From Eledone cirrhosa (taxonomy: Eukaryota): 64,000 nucleotides of DNA. Shown here piece after piece: positions 1-13,363 of this stretch. The position numbers and the translations under genes were made by a program. A model generated the notes under the pieces. It worked only from the letters and a program-made list of their open reading frames with translations. It ran no database searches and was not told the DNA's origin. The DNA is taken from NCBI GenBank assembly GCA_964016885.1, contig OZ024741.1:90520001-90584000 (forward strand), read 5' to 3'. How positions within the stretch are numbered: the stretch's first letter is position 1; every line of letters begins with the position of its first letter.

Positions 1-380
1 ACATCCTGATGCCGAGGAGGATATTAGAGGGAGCTAGAGCAAAGTGCCTTCCTGCAGTTATGGTTTTCATTGACTTTAGGAAGGCCTTTGATTCTGTGGA
101 CCGTCACTGCCTGATGAAGAACTTACAGGCTTATGGAATCCCCAAGAAGATAGTGGACCTGATATCACTGCTCTACACCAACACCAAAGCCCTAGTCATT
201 ACACCTGATGGGATGACAGAGATCTTTGAGATACTGGCTGGAGTGCTCCAGGGAGATACATTGACTCCCTACATTTTTATCATCGCAGTGGACTATTGTA
301 TGCGCCTTGCGCTGGAGAAACACCGGGACTCGGGCTTTACTGTAACACCGGCTCAGAGCAGGAGAGTTAAGGCTAAAAGA
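1..380 (+). mobile_element. RTE-clade LINE reverse transcriptase fragment, truncated by microsatellite
   Basis: ORF 9..617 N-terminal part has non-LTR RT motifs FIDFRKAFDSV and [13 protein letters not shown]; it runs into (TA)n/(TG)n at ~380. Confidence 0.85.
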
Positions 381-596
<216 letters not shown>

Positions 597-697
597 TTAT
601 TGCAAATTCATATATAGATAAGATAAACATATTTATTATCGAAATTTAATTTAATATGAATTTTATCCATCATAAAGCAACTTTTATTATTTTGCAG

Positions 698-1276
698 TTT
701 GTGATATTTGGCCTGCGGACATTGTATTTCTACTGGACGATTCCACTAGTATATGGGACAATGATTATGACAAACAACTTACATTCTTATCTGATTTTGT
801 GAAAGATATCACCATTGGTCCGAAGAAATCTCAGATTAGTGTTGTGACATTTAGTTCCCGTCCAAAGACACAATTTTGGCTACGAGACCATTTAAGTAAA
901 ACGGAAGTTTTGAGTGCCATTAAACACATCAATCGAATGTATGGCGATACGTACACCTCTGCTGGATTACGAATGATAAGAGAACACAGTTTCTCACCTC
1001 GATACGGTGGTAGAATGAAAGCTTCACACATTGTTATCGTAATAACAGACGGAAAATCAACAATACCAAGAGAAACTGTAAACCAAGCGAAAAAACTACA
1101 TGATACAAAAGCAATAGTCTTTGCTATTGGTGTTGGTCGCCGTGTTGACCCGATAGAATTGAACAGTATTGCAAGTGAGCAGCAATTTGTTTTCCAGGTT
1201 GACAGCTATGGAGCTTTGACAACGATTAAAACAAAACTATCACAAAAAGTTTGCACACTTTCCATAACAAAAGTAG
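698..1276 (+). CDS. Internal exon encoding one von Willebrand factor A (vWA) domain (collagen VI/matrilin-like extracellular protein)
   Basis: Acceptor ttttattattttgcAG ends at 697. The frame reads CDIWPADIVFLLDDSTSI...VVTFS...GDTYTSAGL...IVITDGKS...VFAIGVG...KVC, with the MIDAS DxSxS, T and D residues and flanking cysteines. Donor G|GTGACT at 1277 gives a symmetric phase 1-1 exon (alternative donor at 1273). Confidence 0.88.
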
Positions 1277-3139
1277 GTGACTGGGATTAAACGAAAATAA
1301 TTCAGGTTTTAAGTACTATAAGGTATTTCATTAATTTCACACACAAACGTGACAGTTCCATAAATATAGATAGCTTTCGCAGTTATTATTTTTATACGAA
1401 ACCAAAGTGAAACTTGAGTGAAAGTTTTCAATATTTGATACTGCATTCATTTAAAGGTTTAAAAAGTTTGAAAGTATTTAGCACCCAATTTCACGGAAAC
1501 GTTTGTCAGAAAAAAATGAGATTGATTAGATGGAATAGTTGCCAAAGAGTTATTGACTTTGTTTAAAAAGGTTTGTAGCAAATTATTGATTATTTATTCT
1601 CCAACCCAAAGCCGAAAACATCGCTGAAATTGTTAATCTTTAAAATAAGATAGATCCAATCTCGATGGATAATTGGTAAATTAATAACGAATGCCACAAA
1701 AGGTAAAGATATACAAAAGTCACTATAATTACTATTACATTCCGCGATATCTCAACAGAATAACTCAAACAGTAATTTTTGTTCTGTTTCTCTCTGTTAC
1801 CTTTCTAAGGAAAGTGAAGAACCTTGAAAATTTCATCATGAGTATAAGTTTTCAATCATTTTAATTATTATTCATTGAGGACGAATACAAGTTAATAATG
1901 ACTAGTTTATAATTGTTCTGTATTCACAATATCTTATAGTAATACACATCTTAATTTTGACTGGAATTTAGGATATTTATATTAGTTATGCATAGAGCAG
2001 AATTAGTAAATTACTCGACGAAATTCTTTGTAGTATTTTGTTGCGTTCAGTTTTAATTTTACTTTGGAATCCAGCTGATGCTGACTTTGGTCGATAAAAT
2101 GAGTGCTGGTCAAGAACTGGGTCCTTTTAATGCCTCCACACAACAATGTGTCCATTGTCTTATGCCTGTTAAAAGTAGCAAATAGATACAATATATATAA
2201 TTTTTAGTCAAAGATAAGTGTTCTCATATAGTTTGGAAGGTTCCTTTGAAAACCTTCGAGCATTTTCTTTTATCATTTGGAATTCGATTCTATTTTCTTG
2301 AGAGAGAACTACCAAGACAATTTATTCTCCTATAATTATTACACCAATCAAAGAGATTCTGTTGTCAACGCTTAAATTGCGGTTTGAGTGTTTGTCTTCT
2401 ACGCTGACCGAGGAGACGCTCTGTGAAAATCAAACCATTTCACAGCAGGGGTATTATAATTCGAAAATTAAAAACGAATTGAAAAGAAAGAAGAAAATGA
2501 AGAATTATAAACAAAAATGGAAAACTATTGGTTTTGAAATTAAAAAAAAAGTATAATCAGTGTAATTGTTTCCCCTTAAAATACTTCAGATTGTTTTTTC
2601 TTCGCAAATACCTTTTATCAGCTGTTGGAAAGTTAGTTGGAAAAACAGTGTTTTTTGTCCACCATTTGTAATAGACTGAGGTCTGAGACGAGAGATGACG
2701 AGAACAGATCGAACTAAACATAATAAAGAAGTACCAATACATACTTACTAATTTTACTCCTTCCTATTCTTTTTATAAGACATTTTTGTAAAGTAGTATT
2801 TTCAGTAATTTATATTTGATACCGATTTGATAATAAAATATGAAAACGAATAAAGAACAGCTCCTGTCTTGTTTATATAGATACAAACTCTATGATACTT
2901 ATGGAAGAGAAAATAGAGATTTGTAAATTTGTCCCCCCCCCCCCCCCAAAAAAAAACACCTGTGAAGTGAAATTGCTTCAATAGCAAATTGAAATCAGCC
3001 TGCATTAATTCCTCACCAACTCTTAGGTTGAATACGTTAAAGAGGATATATTTTCCAATTTATGTCAATGATTGATAAAGATTTCTTACTTAAGACATCA
3101 GTAAATCACAATCATGATTTCATACACTGGTTACAAAAG

Positions 3140-3500
3140 GCACAATTTTGAGCGGATTGCTAGTATGATTAAGAAGTTCGCTTCCCAATAATTAAATCCT
3201 ACATTGGAACCCAGTGCATGATATCATGGGCTAGTATTATTTACCATATCCTCGGGGCGACCTATGCCTTGTGAGTGAAATTGTGCAGACAGAAACTGTT
3301 TGGAAACCCTTCGGATGGACTGTACCTGTAATTCAAAGGAGTAGCTTTGTCAAACTGTGTCATGCTGAATTTCCCTGAGACATACGTTACGGGTGTGCAT
3401 GTCTGTAGAATGCTTAGCCACTTGCACGTTAATTTCAAGAGCAGACGGTTCCGTTGATCAAACAACTGGAACACTCATCGTCAAAAGCCAATGGAGGTTT
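3140..3500 (+). mobile_element. Degenerate tRNA-derived SINE (CORE-like family)
   Basis: Shares its 3' tail (gtagaatgcttagccacttgcacgttaatttcaagagcag...gatcaaacaactggaacactcatcgtc) with 4130-4310 and with the reverse complement of 57045-57360. Confidence 0.5.
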
Positions 3501-3783
3501 ATTCTATTTACCGATTGGAATATATCTCATTACCGACTCGTCGCTTAATCTATACAGCCAGAGAGAAGTATCACAGCTCTGTCCCATACTGTCTAACATA
3601 AACATGTCTCATGATCATTTAATGTAATCGTGTCTCATTCAGCAAATTCACTTGAGTAATTCATTTGAAGTCTCGATTAAACGGTTTGCTCTACGGTTTA
3701 TATATATATATTTTATATATATTTATATATATATTATCCTTATCGAGCCCTCTTCGGATTTTGATCTTCGCATTTATTATTAT

Positions 3784-3836
<53 letters not shown>

Positions 3837-4321
3837 TTGAGTAGTGGAAGACAAAAGGCGAAGTTTAGAGATTAATTAGTTGTTCATTGTTGTAAGTTTC
3901 AGAAGGTTGATTGGTCTTGATAAATCGATATAGTGACTATCGACGGTTGTTATGAAACTCTATATTATTAGCCTCAATATAATAGATCCATTCCACCAAT
4001 GTATAATCACTTCTTTAGTTAAGAACTGCTCCGCACTCCTTGCAGTAGTTTATAGAGTGTAGACAGATTTGATGTGAGTGGAGGAATTCATGGTGTTAAC
4101 TATGAATTAGTGATAACATGAGAAAGAATACCAAATAAGCGCAAGTGTAATTGTGATTCAAAGGGTCAACCTTGTCACACACTTTCCTGTTGAATCTCGC
4201 TGATAACTACGTTAAGGATACACCTGTTTGTGGGATGCTCAACCACTTGCATGTTGACTTCTCCAGCAGACTGTTCTGCTAATCAAACAACTGGAACCAA
4301 GGGAAGCCCAACAACGCGTTA

Positions 4322-4366
<45 letters not shown>

Positions 4367-4511
4367 TGTGCGTGTGCGTGTGTGCATGTGTGTATGTAGA
4401 AGTTTTGAATGCGCATTCATGTTGTTTGTGTTTATGAGTGTTATCTATTAGTTGCGTTTTATGAACGTGTATCTAGTAAAGTTTTCAGGTTTGTTTAAGT
4501 GTGTGTGTGTA

Positions 4512-4596
<85 letters not shown>

Positions 4597-4739
4597 CAGT
4601 GTATGTGCGTGTATGTGTACATGTTTGTACGGTGAGTGTCTGTATCTTTTGTTTATATGTGTGTTCAGAGTAAACGTCTTGGGAGAGACGATGAATTGTT
4701 TTCTACGTAGACGAAATTATGGTGTCTCGGTGTGAATAA

Positions 4740-5300
4740 TCAGGCTGAACACGGAGTGGTGCTAATTGGAATGGAACAATGAGTGGAAATATCGAGAGAT
4801 AGGTGATTCATTACAGAGCCATATGTCACGGAGTTGCTCCGTGACATCAAAAGGCCAACCAGCATGTCAAGTAAATTTGAACCAGTAAGTCAGAAGAAGA
4901 GGTGGGTTAGGGGAGAGATGGTGGTATTAGGATACTATGTGACAAATTACTGGTACAGACAAGTTAATGGGCTTCGACACTGATACGATCAGAGAAATGG
5001 CCATGTCCGATATGTAAAAAAGAGACAGGCAGAAATTTCATGCTATGTGTACACGAGAAGAATACTGGAATAACAGGCAAACTAACGAAGAATGTAGATT
5101 TCGTGTGCAGCAGATGCGCAGGATCAGTAAGCGTTAATAGCTCGCTTGAAATAGACTCCCTAGAGACAAATGTCTCCATAGAAGTAGTTGACAAAGTTTG
5201 TCACCTAATAGACAGTGGAGGAGGGTATTCTGAAAGAATAGTAGCTAGAGTAAGAACCACTTAGAAGAAGTGCAGGGCAGTGAAAGTGGATAGAATCTGT
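4740..5300 (+). pseudogene. Degenerate RTE-type LINE fragment with a PHD-like Cys-rich insert next to the RT thumb
   Basis: WPCPICKK...CVHEKNTGITGKL...FVCSRCAG followed by SIEVVDK...SGGGYSERIVARVR. Confidence 0.6.
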
Positions 5301-6499
5301 AGAAGAAGATCCAGGGAAGAATCTTCACGATGGAGATTACAAACGGCTCACATCAGCATTTCCCAGTTGGATATTCAGATGTAGGTCACAAATGTTTTCT
5401 CTACTTCTGTGGATCACTCAATTAAAAAAATAAGATGAGCCGCAAATCTTCTTCATGTTTCTGTTATCATAGATTTAAGGAATATATATTTCCAATATGC
5501 GTTCATGGGCAAAATGAAGTTCATAACCTCACTCTAATTGATATTTACAGCGCTCATCAAGCGCCACTGCAGTGCTTCTAAAAGTACTTCAACCAAATCA
5601 AATCTTTTCTTAAAAAACACAATTTGGAAAGTATATTAATGGTGAAAGGGTACCCTAACAGCTAAAAATCTGGATTGGTCCAGAATTTCTTAGAAACGAG
5701 GCAACTGTTTCTCAATACCAGAAAACGCAGTCGTAGAGACATTGTTTAACTTTGTAGAAGTTTTAACAACCATAAGTCATGCTTGAGTCAATGAAACAAA
5801 TACAAAATAATTTTGACTTAGCCTTTCATAAATAAACTTGTGCAATCAATACAGTTTCAGTTAAAACAAAATTCTCCTCGTAGACACCTATATGTCACTG
5901 TAATATTGGTTTTCATCATTGTGAGCCTAATAAAGTGCACTTACGACAGTAAATACATCTGGTATGAAACTACACAAATCAAATAGGAGAGCAGTTGTAT
6001 ATGGTATATCGTTTGCTAATGATCTTACACAAACACTTCTACAAACATCAAAGTGTCTTATCAGACGTTTTCGGATTTAGTTACCAGTATGCGCTTAAAA
6101 ACCTTCAATGCGACTCGTTTACAGAAGTAGAAGTAGACTCCCTAGAGACTAAACCCTCATGGTAAAGCCAAAAGATTACATAAAACCTTAATTAACTAAA
6201 ATATTACCAGAAGCAGCAACTGTATTCGACAGCAATAAAAACTTCAAATAAAAAACAAAAACTTAAAAAAAATACAACGAAGAAAAAACAATATGCCTTC
6301 AGACAAATATGAAAATTATTATAAATAAAAAACCATAGGGAAGACTTGGTCACGGAAAAAAATAACCACCCCCCGATAATGTTCTACATTGTTATCCACA
6401 TTGGTTTAATTCTTATTGAAAAAAACAAATAACTGCACAATGATGCCAAATGGACCACGGTGTTGCTGGACATATGTATGTCACGAGTCAGACATGCGT

Positions 6500-7860
6500 A
6501 TTACATCTACGAATCTTCTCAGTTGATGCATATATTGAGTGGATTCGATGCTGCTTGTTTGGTTATACAGAGGAATACTGTATGTACAATCTTATTCGCC
6601 AGGTAAGTGAAAGATCTTCTGGAGACATTGTATATTAAAGACGTTAAGAACCTTAGTATGTCGGCTGTATGTGATCCATGTCTCAATCCCATACAGGAGA
6701 AATGGGACACAGACTGCTCGGTTTGAAGCTTGAGTTGCTTAAAAAGACCGTCTTTCTGAACTTTTGAAAAGTTTGTCTGAGGCAGTTTAAGGTCTCTTCG
6801 TACAGTATGCAATCATTGGAAATTATTCTGCCTAGGTATTTAAAGTGGGAGAATGTGGTCAGTTGTTGCAATTCTACTGAGAAAACGGGAGAGAGAGAGG
6901 GTGATGTAATGTGTCATTGATAGAAGACCTCTGTTTTCTGGTCGGTATCAGTCAGGCCTTACTTCTCAAAAGCTATTATTGCTGTGAGATGGTGGCTTAT
7001 AGGGCTCTCGAATGTGAGCCACAAGAGTGCAGTCATCGATATACTATAGAGCAATGATCTATCCATATCTGAGCTCCGCAACCTACATCAAGTCGAAATT
7101 TTATAGTGACTCTCGCTACCCTTTCCATCCTTCTGTGTAACAATCTGGTCCCACACGAAGAAAATATTCTGCAGCACAGGAGCCAGCACACAACCTTCAC
7201 TGACTCCTTTTTTTACATTAAAGGGCTCAATTTCCAGCGCTCCAGTAACAACTCGGGCCATGATATCTATGTAGAACTGGCGTAGGAGATTCATGAATCT
7301 GGGCAGGCTAGTAAACATGAAAACATCCCTCATACATGATGGCTGCAAACTCTGCAAAGAGTATTGCAATCGCTTGTCAGATTATAGAGTTTGGTGCACT
7401 TTTAGGCTACGGCCAGCCACGCGAACCTGTAACATATCCTGAACAAGCAATGCCTGTACTTTGAAGGTTTTTTAAGCGGAGAAAGGCCTTGTACTCGACC
7501 AATCCCACTCCCCAACCATCGAAAACACTACCCGAAAAGGAGAACTTGTCAACATCATCGGATGCTTCCAAGGCCGCAGGTTTTTTTTCAGAGTTTTCCT
7601 TTCCTAGAAAGGTGTTGTGACAACAGCTAGAGGCCTTTCACTACAAGGTGAAAAAAAAAAGTACTATTTGGATGGCCGTTGACTCTGCTGTGTTACTCCG
7701 CCCTTTGTCGGATCTTGCATTTCATCGCGCAGGGTATCCAAATACCACCCTCCTCACCAAGCAAGCTTGGTTGTCGGTTTAGTCACCGATGACCCGACCA
7801 CGAGACAGGTTGTACTGGTTTACATGTTACTAGTAGCAATCGAAAGCGACCTGACATACA
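6500..7860 (-). mobile_element. Internally deleted RTE/BovB-like LINE (5' UTR plus RT remnants)
   Basis: GVSEGCVLAPVLQNIFF and FKYLGRIISNDC fragments; the 5' block 7640-7860 is shared with 21235-21350, 54355-54545 and 60505-60690. Confidence 0.7.
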
Positions 7861-8419
7861 TACATATAAATTTGATATATAGATGCATATATTTCTTTTT
7901 AGCCCTTTAAAGCAGCCTCCGGATTTTGCAGATGTTTTTAGAAATTTGGAAATAGAACCCCACTTGTAAGTTGACAAGACAAAATAGCGATTTCACAAGG
8001 GAAATTTAGATTTTAATGTTAGGCCCCCAAAGCAGCTCTATAAAACCGTTAAATTGCGGGAGAGACGTTTTACATTAGGTGACATATAGCAGCTATTAGA
8101 TAACCTTGGGCATCAGTCACTCGCGTTCAATTTTCATATCACATGTGTTTATTCAATGCAACAGGATGTTTAATCTTTAGCTGTAGGGGCATCTTTAATG
8201 TTGTCCCCTCGTGTCTATTACACATATTGCCATCACATCAAGATATTGTGCCTTGTGTCTCAGGAATTTATATTCCAGTAGTATATCAGTTTCCTGCATG
8301 GGACGAGAGGGCTAGCTTCTTGCTCAAACATTCATTTCTAAAGAAAGCGACACTGAGAGTGGACTCTCTTGACCCATCACACGGCGAAACGCAATCAATT
8401 CTGTGATAGATAGATCGAT

Positions 8420-9371
8420 AACAAACAATCTGAGGCAATTTCGGCTTGTAAACATAAATTGCACAAAACATTCCTGTATTACAGCCCCACGTTATACCCT
8501 AACGGATAGTACGATCTATACGTGGATATTTTACGTCTCGATGTGGGAGCTAAGTATATGTTTTGTTTATACCTTTACTCATTTGCATAGGTAAGTATAT
8601 ATTATCCGTATGTTTTGTGAAGGTACGTATACCTTCTCGTACGTATATTTGATTGTTATGGCGTAAATTTTTTTTATATATTCTGGTACATATGGTTCGG
8701 CTATGTGTATACGGGAGTTTTGCGTCTGTGTGAGTATGCAGGTTCGTACGCATGTAGAGCGTGTGTATATGTGTACTTCATGTTTTGGTTGACTTACGTC
8801 TCCGAACATTCGTGTATTTACTTGTAGGTATGTGTGTGCGCTTGTTATATACGTATTTATTTATTTATTTATATACGTTTATATAATTATTTATTTATTT
8901 GTATACACGTTTACACACACACACATATTTATATGTGCGTGGTTTTGTTTACCTATGGTAAGGTTTTGCGTATGCTTGTGTATGTACGTTTCTGTTTGCG
9001 TGTATGTATTTATTTATTTCTATTACTTCTGTATTGTATTTATTTACTTTGTTCTTAACTCCGTAGCGGAGATTTATGCACCACCTAAGAGAACATTAGT
9101 TTACGACCTCTATTATACCATAAACGTGGTTCTGTCTTTGCGCGTAATTGTTTTTCACCGCTCCTATTAATTACGTATTATATTCGTTTTTTCCCGTTCT
9201 TAGCCAGCGAACGCTACCACGAACCAAAGTATCGTCTTCCTGTCTTCCTCCGGTTGCAACGTTTTTTGTAATATCCAGTTCTGCGTTTACAGATTGACTT
9301 TGTTAGTTTCAGAAGATCCCGTTAAGGGTGAAAGCAGCGATTCTTTGCTTAAACTTTAATCTGTTATTTTA

Positions 9372-9377
<6 letters not shown>
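8420..9377 (+). mobile_element. 5'-truncated Penelope-like element (last codons of GIY-YIG, 3' UTR, pLTR), ending in (TA)n
   Basis: Reverse complement of 11495-12585; encodes ...SEAISACKHKLHKTFLYYSPTLYPNG*. Confidence 0.85.
9305..9355 (+). ncRNA. Variant type-I hammerhead ribozyme (CAGAAGA core, CUU site)
   Basis: agttt-CAGAAGA-tccc/gttaa/gggt-GAAA-gca...tgc-TT-aaact; distal helix acagattga (9289-97) / ttaatctgt (9356-64). Confidence 0.6.
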
Positions 9378-9450
<73 letters not shown>

Positions 9451-9849
9451 ATGAAAGAGATAGATAAAGAAAGAGACAGAGACTGGAAGAGTCAACCTCA
9501 GTACTTGACCGGCACTTTATTTATCAACCCCAGAAAGATGAAAGCAGAATTAATATCAACAGGATTGTAACCTAGATCGAAGAAAACCGGAAGATTTACC
9601 GCCAAGAATTGGATTGAAAAGACGGGTGCTAAAGTTAACAACAAAATTTGTATTAAATGTGAGAAATACACTGACGAATTCATACTAAACAATTGAAAAC
9701 ATCGACAAATCCTCCAAACAAAATATCAGATAGATCACTGATGGGGTGCCGAGCAAATAATAAAAGAATAAAAGTTCGAAACAGAGCAACTCTATACGCT
9801 TTCTTGGTTTGAAAGTTTCTAATGATTTGAACTGAAATGATTATATCAC

Positions 9850-10500
9850 GTCCACTGCTAATTCTGATACCCGGAAAGTTGGTTCACTTTTTCGTGTCAA
9901 ATCATTTTTTTTACCCCTGAAAATATCTTATATCGTTATAAATTTTCCATTCGTCCTTGTATTGAGTACTGTTTCCACATCTGGTCTGGTGCTTTTGCCG
10001 TGTACCTAGAGAGTATAGATAAGATCCAAACGTTATTGGTCTTGACTTATGTCTCATTCGATCTCTATTACACTGTCGAAATGTTACCTCTCTTTTGTCT
10101 TTTTTATAGATATGTTCATGACAATTGTTCTGATGAGTTTTACCCTTTGTTGCCTTGTCTTCATATGTTTAAACGTAGCACCAGATTTGTGGCTTGGACT
10201 CATATATTTACAGTTGAAGTTCCTAGATGCAGTCGCAAATTCTATATTAATAGTTTCTTCCCTGGGATATCTCACCTATGGAATTCTCTTCCAGCTTCTC
10301 GGTTTACTGACCACAACTTGCACAAATTCAAAAGCAACATCAATTGTTATCTTCTCCCTCCTTGAATTATGTATTTCTGTATTGTCTTTCTCCTTTCTCG
10401 GTAGCCTTTTGCATTTTAGTGGACCTATTGCCATGCTTGGAGTGAGCAAACAAAAAAAAAAAATAACAAAGAGAGAATTCAATAGACAAAAAAAGAAAAA
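9850..10500 (+). mobile_element. CR1/Jockey-group LINE 3' end with A-rich tail
   Basis: IRPCIEYCFHIWSGA...LESIDKIQ...NSFFP...LWNSLP...KFKSNIN C-terminal motifs; A-rich tail from 10448. Confidence 0.75.
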
Positions 10501-11417
10501 ATCATAATAATAAAATAAATAAATAAATAAATAAAACTTTCCCGTCGACCAGACATTCTTCAGAGCAACGCCCAGTAACATGAATACAATTGCACAAACA
10601 AGGAAAATTGTACGCTCGATGGCAAATTCCTACGTAGGGCAATTTTATACATATTTTAAGTTGCATCCCAAGAGGTTAGTGAAAAATGAAGCAAATTACA
10701 TCGTATTGGGTGAGGTTAACGTCAAGTGCTGTTATTTTAGCCACGTTCAGGTATGAGGGAAAATAAGAAACACTACAGCTTTATCAATATGGCTGTATTT
10801 ATGGAGTTTAAAGAACAATCTTTTAAAGACACTGGCTCGTCAATAATCAAAAACACTGCACCTAATATAATCAGAACGAATAGAATTCAACATTGCTTAA
10901 ATAAAAACTACAATACCTTCATATAGTATTTTGATAGGTAAAACGTAAAGGTCCCATCATGGAGTGTTAGGGGTAGCCGATCCCATCCCTCTCTAGGCCG
11001 GATCTTCAGCCGATTTCCTCCCGAGAAAGAAGGCGAGAGTGGTAGCTAGTTAGATAGAAAGATAGTGAGAGAGAATTATATAAAGATAGAACCAGCCCTA
11101 GAATTTGAGTGGTGCTTTATTTATCGATCGTGAAAGAATAAAAGGCAAAGTTAACGTTGGCGGCATTTAAACTCAGAACGGAGTGAGCAGGAATAAATAC
11201 CGAATATTTCGATATATCAATTAAAACTAGTAACCATCTCTGAATGCCAGAACAAAAGGTCGATTTTTTAATGGTTAATTAATTATGCTAGGGCTGCGAA
11301 TTGGCAGAGTCGTTAAGACGACGGATAGAATGCTTTAGGTTATTCTTCCCACCTCATTGCAAGCTCTGAGTAACAGGATCAGCTAATACACACACACACA
11401 TATATATTTATATATAT

Positions 11418-11494
<77 letters not shown>

Positions 11495-11500
<6 letters not shown>

Positions 11501-13125
11501 TAAAATAACAGATTAAAGTTTAAGCAAAGAATCGCTGCTTTCACCCTTAACGGGATCTTCTGAAACTAACAAAGTCAATCTGTAAACGCAGAACTGAATA
11601 TTTCAAAAAACGTTGCAACCAGAGGAAGACAGGAAAACGATACTTTGGTTCGTGGAAACGTTCGCTGGCAAAGAACGGGAAAAAACAAATAATACGTCAT
11701 TAATAGGAGCGGTGAAAAACAATTACGCGCAAAGACAGAACCACGTTTATGGTATAAAAGAGGTCGTAGACTAATGTTCTCTTAGGTGGTGCATAGAGAC
11801 GTTCTCTGGCAATGAACGAAAAAACGAAGATAATAAGTCATATGTGGAGCGTGGAGAACAATAGCACGCAAAGACAAAACCACGTAAATGGTATAGCAGA
11901 AGTTGTAGACTAAAATCCTAACTAGGAGACCAAATGAATCTCCGCTACAGAGTTAAGAACAAAGTAAATAAATACAATACAGAAGTAATAGAAATAAATA
12001 AATACATACACGCAAACAGATACGTACATACACAAGCATACGCAAAACCTTACCATAGGTATACAAAACCACGCACATATAAATATGTGTGTGTGTGTAT
12101 GCTTGTGTACAAATAAATAAATAATTATATAAACGTATATAAGTAAATAAATAAGTATATAACAAGCGCACACACATACCTACAAATAAATACACGAATG
12201 TTCGGAGACGTAAGTCAACTAAAACAAGAAGTACACATATACACACACCCACCATACGTACGAACCTGCATACTTACGCAGACGCAAAACTCCCGTATAC
12301 ACATAGCCAAACCCTAAATACCAGAATATGTAAAAATTATACGCCATAACAGTCAAATATACGTACGAGAAGGTATACATACCTTCACGAAACATACGGG
12401 TAATATATACTTACCTATGCAAATAAGTAAAGGAATAAACAAAACACATACTTAGCTCCCACATCAAGACGTAAAATATCCACGTATAGATCGTGCTATC
12501 CGTTAGGGTATAACGTGGGGCTGTAATACAGGAAAGTTTTGTGCAATTTATGTTTACAAGCCGAAATTGCCTCAGATTTTTTGTTTAAGATGTGGTCTGT
12601 GGCGTAGAGTATTTCCAGGGCCTCAGCGGCGCAGAGGTCACATGGTCTTTTATTTCCGTTATACGATCTAGCCCTAGCTAGGATCTCCCAGTGTAACTTA
12701 TATTGGGTGTGGTTGTCTTTTAGACTCCAGATATAAGCTGAAAGTGACGTCATATTTCTTCTTAGAGGGTAACGAAAAGAATGGGTATGCATGTAAAGAC
12801 GCTGCTTGAAACTATTGGCGGTTAACCCTATGTAGGCCCTACGGGACGTGGGTGTTACAACCTTACATTTGTAGACAATGTTACTAGAGAGGCATTTCCC
12901 GGATAGGGGCAATCAGCCCGATTCCTACAATTACAGTTAGTACTATCTATAGGGTTGCACGTGTTCCTACGGCTAGGCAGTTTAGCTAAATTTGAAGCTG
13001 TGATGTTATGTGCAAGGTTAGGAGTCGTAGAGTAAGAAATTTTAATAGTATTTCTATTAAAAATTTTACTATATTTATGTGTAGGGGGAAAATGCTTCGT
13101 AATAAGGGAAAGAAAGATCGTCTCA
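11495..13125 (-). mobile_element. 5'-truncated Penelope-like element with frameshifted GIY-YIG endonuclease
   Basis: ORFs 12855..13172 and 12496..12912: KHFP..HKY..IFNRNTIKISYSTTPN, CNCxxxxxC, IVYKC...AYIGLT, CDLC, ACKH; homologous to the 40056 ORF; 3' end in (TA)n. Confidence 0.9.
11517..11567 (-). ncRNA. Variant hammerhead ribozyme (CAGAAGA core), copy of 9305-9355
   Basis: Reverse complement matches 9305-9355. Confidence 0.6.
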
Positions 13126-13363
13126 TATGAAATAATACAGCCAATTTTCCACGCAATACTTTTAGTTAGCACCCCGAACGCATAATTGGGAATATAAACA
13201 CTTATTTCCTAATGTTTATGAGTGAGTTGGAATTTGGCCGGAGTATCGCTAAAAAGCTTTCTCCGATATTGTATTTATATATATATATATATCGGGAACA
13301 ATTTTGAATAGCGCCAGTTCGTAATTTGAATTCGGGAATATTATATTCTTCGAATGAAAAGAT

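Noticed and set aside
7775-7858. Possible HDV-like or twister ribozyme in the RTE 5' leader
   Set aside because: Hairpins are present, but I could not build the required pseudoknot order by eye
10536-10566. Minus-strand CTGAAGA...GAAA
   Set aside because: Weak stem II; the 3' part is replaced by simple repeat
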